Shown: positions 26,077 through 33,412 of the stretch, piece by piece
Position numbering within the stretch: position 1 is the stretch's first letter
Layout of the letters: every line of letters begins with the position of its first letter
Virus genome (UHGV): UHGV-1361780
Strand: one strand, 5' to 3'
DNA: 39,598 nucleotides
DNA from: a virus
Notes under the pieces: generated by a model
The model's input: only the letters and a program-made list of their open reading frames with translations
What the model was told of the DNA's origin: nothing
The model's database searches: none
Position numbers and translations under genes: made by a program

Positions 26077-26604
26077 TTATCTTTTTCCATATTCCCGGAT
26101 CAACTGCGCTGCTTTCTTCTGGCCTTTTTCTTCCAGGAAGCTAATTACATAATCAATATCACACAGCTGCCCTCGCTTTTTCTGGTTCAGTCCAATAACC
26201 TCATCGATGCTGTCCCAATCAAATTCAATACCATATTTCTGCTTTAAAACTTCCGCATAGTCCCTGGCTGTTTCATACTGGCAGCCAAACGGATCTATTG
26301 CATCCATCATGTCACACAGATTGATGAATGCATCCTTCCATCGCAGCAGCCTGTCCTTTCCAAAGTGGAACTCCTGATTTAGCGAAAACATCACCGTTGG
26401 GGTGAATGTCGCCAATATTCGGTTTGCCAAGACCTGGCTTATCTCATTCGCCTTTTTTGCTGATACTTCCAGCGGAATGAAATGGGCATTTCTAACCCTG
26501 ATCTCCTTCTTTAATTCTTCTATCCCGCCCCTTTCTACTATTTCCAGGGCATATTTGAGGCCATCCATCCTGGCCTGATAGGTTTTATCTCTTTTTATAT
26601 TCAT
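26077..26604 (-). CDS. Hypothetical protein (175 aa from MNIKRDKTYQ...), the first gene of the leftward early operon.
   Basis: The ATG at 26604 is preceded by an AAGGAAGG RBS. The track's longer version (to 26853) runs through the hairpin and the noncoding leader. Confidence 0.55.
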   Translation of the reverse strand: MNIKRDKTYQARMDGLKYALEIVERGGIEELKKEIRVRNAHFIPLEVSAKKANEISQVLANRILATFTPTVMFSLNQEFHFGKDRLLRWKDAFINLCDMMDAIDPFGCQYETARDYAEVLKQKYGIEFDWDSIDEVIGLNQKKRGQLCDIDYVISFLEEKGQKKAAQLIREYGKR

Positions 26605-26635
26605 TTGTTTTCCTTCCTTTGTTGTACATGGTCCC

Positions 26636-26688
26636 TCCTTTCGGGCCGGGATTTGGAGGACATTTGATAGGTTCCCGGCCCTTTCGGT
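26636..26688 (-). promoter_or_regulatory. GC-rich hairpin (9-bp stem GGGCCGGGA/TCCCGGCCC, 21-nt loop) flanked by a CTTTCGG direct repeat, in the leader of the early operon.
   Basis: Seen directly at 26643-26651 and 26673-26681. A 14-codon uORF overlaps the start of the main ORF. Confidence 0.5.
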
Positions 26689-26755
26689 CAGTAGTATACT
26701 GGGTATAATAGATTGGGTAGTGACATATTCTGCTGACCACAAGTTTCTATATGTA

Positions 26756-26950
26756 TCAGTCCTTTTTAGGACGAGATACCAACTGTTTCCCTCTACGGGT
26801 TGGATCCGGACACAGTGCCGTTCCAGCGTATGCCGGTCTTCTGAAGCTTTCACCCATCGGTGATGGGTGCTTTTCCATGTCGATCAATTCCGCTTCTTTT
26901 CTTTTTCTGCCTTTTTCTCTATATTCTGCTCTAACCTTATGATCTTCCAT
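26756..26950 (-). CDS. Small basic protein (64 aa, K/R-rich: HKVRAEYREKGRKRKEAEL...).
   Basis: ORF with a GTAGGAGACTAT-ATG RBS. It lies inside the switch-region intergenic space. An opposite-strand ORF 26751-26942 overlaps it; the minus-strand one is favoured because of its RBS. Confidence 0.35.
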   Translation of the reverse strand: MEDHKVRAEYREKGRKRKEAELIDMEKHPSPMGESFRRPAYAGTALCPDPTRRGKQLVSRPKKD

Positions 26951-27170
26951 ATAGTCTCCTACAGGTAGCTGATCCCGTATCTGCTACGGAACGCTTCCCT
27001 GGCTTCTTTTTCTGTTTTTCATCAAAAATCATGGTCTTTTTCTCCTTTGAGTCGTTATTGACAAGTTTATTGATATTTTTCTATCAGTTTCCTGTCTTTA
27101 CCAGTATACACCCAAAGCAGCCTGAAACTCAATCCCTTTCTTACAGGAATTTGCTGATAAATTAGGTATT

Positions 27171-27488
27171 GTGCGAAACAACGTTGCATGTTACGAAACT
27201 GGTAAGCGTTCTCCTAGTGATGCCGTTGTTTCTTTAGTATGCAAAACTTTCAATGTTAATGAAAACTGGCTCCGAACCGGTGTTGGACCTATGTTTCTGG
27301 ATCTTCCGGAAGAAGATGAAACTGCAGCTATTGTCGCAACTCTATTAGATCCAGATAAAGAACCATTTTTCAACGTTATTGTTGAAATAATGAAAAGCTA
27401 CCAGTCACTAAGTCCAAATTCAAAGCAGGCAATTAATGAGCTTGCTGATAATATTTTGAAGAATTTAAACAAAAAAAGAGAGGGCTAA
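27171..27488 (+). pseudogene. CI-like XRE-family repressor lacking its N-terminal helices (105 aa from GTG). The HTH is truncated: helix 1 is missing and the helix-2 residues are cut off by the upstream stop.
   Basis: The frame reads ...TGA-NSIPFLQEFADKLGIVRNNVACYETGKRSPSDAVVSLVCKTFNVNENWLRTG. The LQEFADKLGIV stretch and downstream fit the HTH_3 pattern. An in-frame TGA at 27123 removes the N-terminal helix, and no ATG/GTG/TTG occurs before the GTG at 27171. Confidence 0.45.
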
Positions 27489-27622
27489 CGCCCTCTTCTC
27501 TCCAGATACCTTTTTACCAGTGTAAACAGCTGTTTTAGAAATAAGGTATCCAACTGATCCATATAGCTTATATTCCGGATCAAAAATTGCTTCACATGAT
27601 TGACATTAACATTATTATTCAT
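27485..27622 (-). CDS. Small hypothetical protein (45 aa): MNNNVNVNHVKQFLIRNISYMDQLDTLFLKQLFTLVKRYLERRGR.
   Basis: Found by manual translation. An AGGAAGG RBS sits 5 nt from the ATG. It lies downstream of the Cro-like gene, and its stop overlaps the convergent CI-like gene stop. Confidence 0.35.
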   Translation of the reverse strand: MNNNVNVNHVKQFLIRNISYMDQLDTLFLKQLFTLVKRYLERRGR

Positions 27623-27712
27623 ATGTACCTTCCTTTCTCTACAGTAGTTTGTCTGTTAAAGCAATTATATCTTAGAAAGCAAGGTTTGTGTGGGTTTATG
27701 ACGATTTGTCCA

Positions 27713-27922
27713 CTATGGTGGACAATAGGTAAACAGATCATATGGCGGTACGTTCAGTGCCTCTGCCAGACAACACAGTGTATACACTGTTGGGTGTTGC
27801 TTTCCATTTTCAATATTATTGATCTGTGATTTACTTATTCCAGATAACTCTGAAAGTTTTCTAATAGACAACTTTCTCTCCACTCGTAATACGTATAAAT
27901 TATAGCTAATCGTGCCTGTCAA
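27713..27922 (-). CDS. Cro-like XRE-family HTH regulator. The likely true start is a TTG at 27871, giving a 52-aa protein (MSIRKLSELSGISKSQINNIENGKQHPTVYTLCCLAEALNVPPYDLFTYCPP).
   Basis: HTH_3 pattern (KLSELSGIS..I..IENGK..P). The track's TTG at 27922 would place a TATAAT hexamer inside the coding sequence. A GGAGAG RBS precedes the 27871 TTG. Confidence 0.7.
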   Translation of the reverse strand: MTGTISYNLYVLRVERKLSIRKLSELSGISKSQINNIENGKQHPTVYTLCCLAEALNVPPYDLFTYCPP

Positions 27923-27931
27923 TCAATTAAT
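27899..27931 (-). promoter_or_regulatory. Candidate sigma-70-type promoter for the leftward Cro-like/early transcript: -35 TTGATT (overlapping TTGACA), 16-nt spacer, perfect -10 TATAAT.
   Basis: The minus-strand sequence reads TTGATTGACAGGCACGATTAGCTATAAT. The -10 lies at 27904-27899. Confidence 0.4.
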
Positions 27932-27961
27932 CCTTTCATTACATTTATAAAAGGAGTTTAC

Positions 27962-28183
27962 ATGAGTAAAATTGTAGAATTATTACAAGAACTGCTAGGT
28001 AGTGTTGGAAATCCTCTTGGGGAAGCAACTTACCTTTCCATTGGTCATTTGTTTTTAGGCTCTTTTCTTTTTGGTTATAATCCATATGGAATTAAGCCTT
28101 TTATATATGTGGTTATTTCCTTTCTTGTATTATTACACTTTTTTAGTGCCTATAACGATATTATAAACAAAAAAGATAAATAA
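27962..28183 (+). CDS. Small membrane protein (73 aa, 2 TM helices).
   Basis: An AAGGAG RBS is present. Hydrophobic segments IGHLFLGSFLFGY and FIYVVISFLVLLHFF. It is divergent from the Cro-like gene. Confidence 0.6.
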   Translation: MSKIVELLQELLGSVGNPLGEATYLSIGHLFLGSFLFGYNPYGIKPFIYVVISFLVLLHFFSAYNDIINKKDK

Positions 28184-28210
28184 TAATCCAGTATAATATA
28201 GGTAAATGTT

Positions 28211-28600
28211 ATGAGACATAAAAGATATCTAATGTTAATTTATTTCGTTTCCTGTATTTTATTATTTGTTCCATATAATGTATTTGGGCATCCCGGGCGA
28301 ACAGATTCACATGGCGGTCATTATGATCACAATACTGGAACCTATCATTATCATCACGGTAAACCAGCCCACTTGCATCCTAATGGCATCTGTCCATATA
28401 TGCCCACTCAATCCGAAGACGTAGTTTCATCTGAAACCTCTGCTCCACCGGCAGAATCTCTTTCTTACAAAGAAACCGCAAATTCTTCTCCCAGTAAAAT
28501 TGAATGGACAAATAATAAAAATCAACTATTCGGATTTAAAATATTGGTATGTGTGCTTAGTATCCTCATTTTTCTTATTCTTTATTACTTATTTAACTAA
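28211..28600 (+). CDS. Membrane-anchored YHYH-motif protein (129 aa). It is probably the 5' part of a longer gene interrupted by the IS insertion; its TAA stop is supplied by the IS terminus.
   Basis: N-terminal signal/anchor, His-rich GHPGRTDSHGGHYDHNTGTYHYHHGKPAHLH, and a C-terminal TM helix. The stop overlaps the IS left inverted repeat. Confidence 0.6.
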   Translation: MRHKRYLMLIYFVSCILLFVPYNVFGHPGRTDSHGGHYDHNTGTYHYHHGKPAHLHPNGICPYMPTQSEDVVSSETSAPPAESLSYKETANSSPSKIEWTNNKNQLFGFKILVCVLSILIFLILYYLFN

Positions 28601-30184
28601 AACTTCCCACACCGATGTGGTGTGTTGAACCTTGAAAATTCAATATTTCAGCCAATAAAAAAGGCATAAACCTGTTCCGTTTGGTATAATGGAATTGACT
28701 AGAAACCATCTTTACAAAGGAGATTTATGCCATGTCCAGTATACCACAAAACCATTCTGATGAAAAAGCCCTAATTGACTGCGTTCAGAGATTTTTTTCT
28801 AAACACCATGTCGGCAAGCTTCTTGCCAGATGTAATGGCATGAAAGAAAAAGGCGTTTCTCCGGTTTCTCTGTTTCGTTACAAACTCAGTAACATTTTTG
28901 TCGGAAGAAGTATGTATATGCAGCAACAGACCGGCTCTTTTAAGGAAGCATTTTCCAAGAACACGTTCTACCGTTTCCTTAATTCTGCAAAGACAAACTG
29001 GCTCCGTTTCACTTCTCTTCTTGCTGCAGATATCGTAAATCACGACATCAAAGGTCTGACGAATGACAGCAGAAAAAATGTCTTCATCATTGATGACAGT
29101 CTTTTTAACCGCACCAGCTGCAAGAAAACAGAACTGGGATCAAAAGTTTTTGACCACACGGATATGCGTTTCAAAAAAGGATTCCGAATGCTTACTTTAA
29201 GCTGGAGTGATGGAAATACATTGATTCCTGTAAACAGCTGTCTGCTGGCATCTGCAAAAACTACAAATATCATCGGTCCTGTAAAGGACTTTGATAACAG
29301 AACCCTTGCAGGAAAAAGACGCAAGCTTGCTCAGACAAAAGCTCCAGAAGCAATGATGGCTTTGCTGGACACTGCCCTCAGCGTGGGACTGAATGCTGAC
29401 TATGTTCTGTTTGATTCCTGGTTTTCAAACCCGGTGCAGATCACAGCCATCCATTCAAAAGGCATGGATGTGATTGCTATGATCAAGAAGAGCAGCCGGA
29501 TTAAATACTCATACGGTGGTAAACAGCTGAGTATCAAAGAAATCTATTCCAAGAACAAAAAGCGCCATGGCAGATCAAAATATCTGCTGTCTGTTGATGT
29601 TATGGTAGGAAAAGAAACTCCAATTCCGGCGAAAATCGTATGCGTAAGGAACAAATCGAACCGCAAGGATTGGCTTGCTTTTATCTGTACGGATACGACT
29701 CTTTCTGAGGAAGAAATCATCCGTGTTTATGGAAAACGTTGGCAGATTGAGGTTTTCTTCAAGACCTGCAAATCCATGCTGAACCTGATTGGAGAATGCC
29801 ATAGCTTATCTTATGATGCGCTGACAGCCCATGTGGCCATTGTATTTACTAGATATATGTTGCTTGCAATGGAACAGCGCCAAAACGAAGATCAGAGAAC
29901 TCTTGGTGAGTTATTCTTCTTTCTCATTGATGAAATGGCAGACATTACTTTCCGCAGGTCACTTTGCATCTTGATGGATGCCTTAATGGCAAGCCTTCAG
30001 GAAATCTTAAAGCTCAGCGATAAACAACTGACTGCTTTTACTGTTGATTTTGAGGCAAGATTGCCGGAATATCTGCGTAATGCACTTCATCCAGAGGTTG
30101 CAATAGCATAAAGCACTATTTTGTTAGCTGAAATATTGAATTTTCAAGGTGCGAAGCCCTGTTTAGGTGTGGGAAGTTTTAGTT
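28595..30184 (+). mobile_element. IS4-family-like insertion sequence (about 1.59 kb) with imperfect terminal inverted repeats and one transposase gene. A 4-bp ATTT flank duplication is possible.
   Basis: The left end reads AACTAAAACTTCCCACACC...CCTTGAAAATTCAATATTTCAGC. The right end is its reverse complement, with 19 + 23 bp matching around a divergent 16-bp block. ATTT is found at both outer flanks. Confidence 0.7.
28732..30111 (+). CDS. DDE transposase, IS4 family type (459 aa).
   Basis: Candidate DDE residues in FIIDDSLF, YVLFDSWF and YGKRWQIEVFFKTCK. The last matches the IS4 Y-(2)-R-(3)-E-(6)-K signature. Confidence 0.8.
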   Translation: MSSIPQNHSDEKALIDCVQRFFSKHHVGKLLARCNGMKEKGVSPVSLFRYKLSNIFVGRSMYMQQQTGSFKEAFSKNTFYRFLNSAKTNWLRFTSLLAADIVNHDIKGLTNDSRKNVFIIDDSLFNRTSCKKTELGSKVFDHTDMRFKKGFRMLTLSWSDGNTLIPVNSCLLASAKTTNIIGPVKDFDNRTLAGKRRKLAQTKAPEAMMALLDTALSVGLNADYVLFDSWFSNPVQITAIHSKGMDVIAMIKKSSRIKYSYGGKQLSIKEIYSKNKKRHGRSKYLLSVDVMVGKETPIPAKIVCVRNKSNRKDWLAFICTDTTLSEEEIIRVYGKRWQIEVFFKTCKSMLNLIGECHSLSYDALTAHVAIVFTRYMLLAMEQRQNEDQRTLGELFFFLIDEMADITFRRSLCILMDALMASLQEILKLSDKQLTAFTVDFEARLPEYLRNALHPEVAIA

Positions 30185-30209
30185 ATTTAAGATTAATAAA
30201 AAACATTCT

Positions 30210-30926
30210 TTGCAATTATCTGTAGTGTGCAAAGAAAAAGAGGACATTGAATCTGAGTACACTGCTTTAAAAAGCACTAACTGGGTTCAGAAGATTAATC
30301 AAATGGAATCCGAAAAAAACGAATTAATTCAAACTTCTAATGAATTAAGAACTGAGATTTCTGCTTTACAACAAGAATTAAAAAATACAAAGGATTACTT
30401 ACATTCCGTGGAGTATGAAAAACTTGTAAAAATCCATGAAATAGAATCCTTACAACTTCAAATTGATATTTTAAAAACTGATCTTGCAAAGGCTCAAAAT
30501 GCAACTCAAAAAGTAGTATGTGCTTTAACTCAGCAGGAAGAACAAAATCAATTTTTTCAAAATCAGTTACAAACACTTACGGTTGATGCACTCCCTTTCC
30601 CCAAGGAACTTTTATATGAAGCCGGGGTACCAAGCGGGGTTACATTTGACAGCAATTATTTACCTCATTATTATGTCCAGCCCACTGTCGAAAAACATAT
30701 GCGGGTTTATATTTCTCGCAACGGTAAATGTTATCATCGACAGTTTGGTTGTTCTGAAGCAACAAAACCTATCCACCTTTTTATTGCTGCGCAGAAATAT
30801 GCTCCATGCGAACGATGCATTCCATACAAAGCCAGAAAGTATAAAGTGCCTGATTGGTATTTTGAGTTTTTAAAATTAGTTGATCAATATTCTAAAGAAG
30901 TTCAACAACTAGAAAGCAAAAATTAA
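30210..30926 (+). CDS. Coiled-coil protein with a C-terminal Cys-rich zinc-ribbon-like domain (CYHRQFGC ... CERC). It is probably the 3' part of the IS-interrupted gene; its own start is uncertain (TTG 30210 or ATG 30301).
   Basis: No RBS was found for either candidate start. The frame is open back to the IS right end. Heptad-like repeats occur in residues 20-110. Confidence 0.5.
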   Translation: MQLSVVCKEKEDIESEYTALKSTNWVQKINQMESEKNELIQTSNELRTEISALQQELKNTKDYLHSVEYEKLVKIHEIESLQLQIDILKTDLAKAQNATQKVVCALTQQEEQNQFFQNQLQTLTVDALPFPKELLYEAGVPSGVTFDSNYLPHYYVQPTVEKHMRVYISRNGKCYHRQFGCSEATKPIHLFIAAQKYAPCERCIPYKARKYKVPDWYFEFLKLVDQYSKEVQQLESKN

Positions 30927-31089
30927 CTATGAAAACAAAAGCGATCCCTGCGCCAACAGGAACCGCTTTAACATAGATCACTCTTATCAGGTATACTGAA
31001 AGATATAATCCACTCCATTCCAGATTATACCATTTCAGTGGCACCTGCACAAGAGGTGTATTTTTTATACCCTTTTTGGAGGTACTCTT

Positions 31090-32502
31090 ATGAAAAAAGC
31101 AGCTATTTATGTCCGGGTATCTACCCAGGAACAGGCTCAAGAAGGTTTTTCCATTCCTGAACAAACTGAAAGATTGACAAAATACTGTGAGGCTCACGGC
31201 TGGACCATTGGAAACATCTACACAGATCCGGGGTTCTCTGGAGCCAATACCAACAGGCCCGCTTTAAAGTGTCTTTTTAAGGACTGTGAACGGAAACGCT
31301 TTGATATTGTAGTGGTATACAAACTGGATCGTCTCTCACGTTCCCAGAAAGACACCCTCTATATCATTGAGGATGTATTTTTGAAAAATAGCATTAGCTT
31401 TATTTCCATGAACGAAAATTTTGATACTGGATCACCCTTCGGCAGAGCCATGATCGGCATCTTATCTGTCTTCGCCCAGCTGGAACGTGAACAGATCAAG
31501 GAACGTATGGCTATGGGACGTGAGGGCCGCGCTAAACAGGGCAAGTGGCACGGTGGTGGCAACGTTCCTATTGGCTATACCTCAGTTGATGGTAATTTAA
31601 TCCCTGATGAATATGAGGCTATGCAGGTGCGCAAAGTCTTTTCATTGGCTCTGGAAGGGCATTCGTTCATACAGATCACCAGAATGATGGCTGCCGCCGG
31701 TTATACTCACAAATACGGCGCATATAAAGCCGGTTATGTAACTGTGTCTAAAATGTTGCATAACCCTATTTACATAGGGATGATTAAAAACGGGGATGAT
31801 TATGTCTCAGGAATTCATGATCCATTAATCGACCAGCAAACCTTTGATGCCGTTCAAAAGCGCTTACAACAAATTTCTGATGATTATCAGAAAAATCACA
31901 GGAAAAATCAGCCTGTTGCCTACATGCTTTCAGGTTTATGTCACTGTGCCCTCTGCGGATCAGAATACTCAGGCTTTTATGTTGGTGCAAAAGGATATCG
32001 TAAAAAATATTATAGATGTAAAAAAAGAGCCTATCACTGGCGCGAGAAAAAAGAAACCTGTACCGCCCCCAATATCCGCGTAGAGCAACTGGATGCAGCT
32101 GTTATCGAAGAAATCCGTAAAATACAGACAGATCCAGCATATTTTGAAAAGGTTTCCAAACCTCAGACATCTATCAATAATGAATTACAAACCTTAAATA
32201 ATCGCTTCTCCGAAATTCAGAAACGGATTCAGCGGACCATTAAGTTATATTCCTTGGGAAATATTGAAGATGATGATATTGACGATCAGATGAAGCAGCT
32301 ATACTGTGAGCGTGATTCTATCCAGAATGAAATTGATCGTCTTTCTGGAAGTCAACCTGATGTTGATTATATAAAAGAAGTACTTTCTCTGGCTGTGCTC
32401 GAAGATATGTCTACCTTAGAACTCAGGCAGTTATGTCAAACCCTTATTGACCATATCATCATCAAAGAAGATGAAAGCATAGAGATTTACTGGGCCTTTT
32501 AA
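31090..32502 (+). CDS. Large serine recombinase / serine integrase (470 aa): resolvase catalytic domain, recombinase domain, zinc ribbon and C-terminal coiled coil.
   Basis: N-terminal AAIYVRVSTQEQ...GFSIPEQ carries the catalytic Ser. The zinc ribbon reads CHCALCGSEY...YYRCKKR...C. A GGAGG RBS is present. Confidence 0.9.
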   Translation: MKKAAIYVRVSTQEQAQEGFSIPEQTERLTKYCEAHGWTIGNIYTDPGFSGANTNRPALKCLFKDCERKRFDIVVVYKLDRLSRSQKDTLYIIEDVFLKNSISFISMNENFDTGSPFGRAMIGILSVFAQLEREQIKERMAMGREGRAKQGKWHGGGNVPIGYTSVDGNLIPDEYEAMQVRKVFSLALEGHSFIQITRMMAAAGYTHKYGAYKAGYVTVSKMLHNPIYIGMIKNGDDYVSGIHDPLIDQQTFDAVQKRLQQISDDYQKNHRKNQPVAYMLSGLCHCALCGSEYSGFYVGAKGYRKKYYRCKKRAYHWREKKETCTAPNIRVEQLDAAVIEEIRKIQTDPAYFEKVSKPQTSINNELQTLNNRFSEIQKRIQRTIKLYSLGNIEDDDIDDQMKQLYCERDSIQNEIDRLSGSQPDVDYIKEVLSLAVLEDMSTLELRQLCQTLIDHIIIKEDESIEIYWAF

Positions 32503-32504
32503 TT

Positions 32505-32556
32505 TTATGCGTAAAGTAAGTTTATCGGTGTAGCCATAGACTTATTTTACGCATAA
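32505..32556 (+). promoter_or_regulatory. Inverted repeat TTATGCGTAAA-N30-TTTACGCATAA immediately after the serine recombinase stop. Candidate recombination/att-associated or terminator element.
   Basis: Seen directly: arms at 32505-32515 and 32546-32556. More AT-rich inverted repeats follow up to 32757. Confidence 0.35.
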
Positions 32557-32757
32557 TTTATTAACCATTTAATATGGGGAGTATAAAAATACCCAGGCAC
32601 TAAGGCACCTGGGAACTGCGAGCATATCATAGCTGCGCGGATAGTATATTTTCACGTCTGCAATCTTGATTATATCATTTTAACGATCTTTTAACAAGCA
32701 TTTAATCTACATAGTAATTTAATTTCTTCTTATGAGAAATTAAATGATATTGTATTA

Positions 32758-33024
32758 ATGAAATGCGGAAACATTGTTATCATTGATATTGCCATACTAA
32801 AGGCCACATTACCAGGAGGATGGACAAAGCTGTTTGACATTCCATCTGGTTATTTACCGTTGCCAGATATAAAAAATGTCGATATGTATTATATTGGATC
32901 AATGTATGTTAAAAATTCTGATATTTCAAAGCGTATTCGCGTAACAAATAATGTTGTTTATGGATATTCTGACACTAGCATATCAGGCGAATTGTACGGA
33001 ATGATTGTATATGTTTGCGGATGA
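32758..33024 (+). CDS. Questionable ORF (88 aa, beta-rich). It may be a gene fragment at the element boundary.
   Basis: ORF from the track with no RBS. It is convergent with a start-less protein-like open frame on the minus strand (33028-33410). Confidence 0.25.
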   Translation: MKCGNIVIIDIAILKATLPGGWTKLFDIPSGYLPLPDIKNVDMYYIGSMYVKNSDISKRIRVTNNVVYGYSDTSISGELYGMIVYVCG

Positions 33025-33369
33025 TCATTTTCGATAATAATTATCTATACCACATTTTTAATTGCGAGGTGGCAGTATAGTCCTGTCCGGCAACTTTAAG
33101 GGCGTACAAATGGGCATTATATTTATTAATTCTAAAAAATGCAAGATAAGTTTGTTGGTCATTGTTTCCATATCCACCATTCAGGAAATCCTGGTATACA
33201 GTACTTAGTATGCGAACAGGAACTAATAGCGATAATGTAGTAACACCATCATAAATAACGGACGATTTTGTAACTGTAACAAATATTTCGCAAGCATCAG
33301 ATGGTATATTTATAGTAGATGACCCAATAACATCTGCAACATATTTCCATTTTAAATTACTATTGCATA

Positions 33370-33401
33370 GAAAAAACCAGGTACTTTTTTTGATACCTGG
33401 T
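33370..33401 (-). terminator. Rho-independent terminator (stem ACCAGGTA/TACCTGGT, 10-nt loop, U6 run on the minus strand) directly after the giant ORF stop. An A-run on the other side makes it potentially bidirectional.
   Basis: The plus strand reads AAAAAACCAGGTACTTTTTTTGATACCTGGT at 33371-33401. Confidence 0.7.
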
Positions 33402-33412
33402 CCTCCCTATTC

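Noticed and set aside
27899-27922. TTGACA-N12-TATAAT as a promoter, and TTG 27922 as the Cro start.
   Set aside because: A 12-nt spacer is too short. The overlapping TTGATT-N16-TATAAT is the better reading, which moves the Cro-like start to the TTG at 27871.
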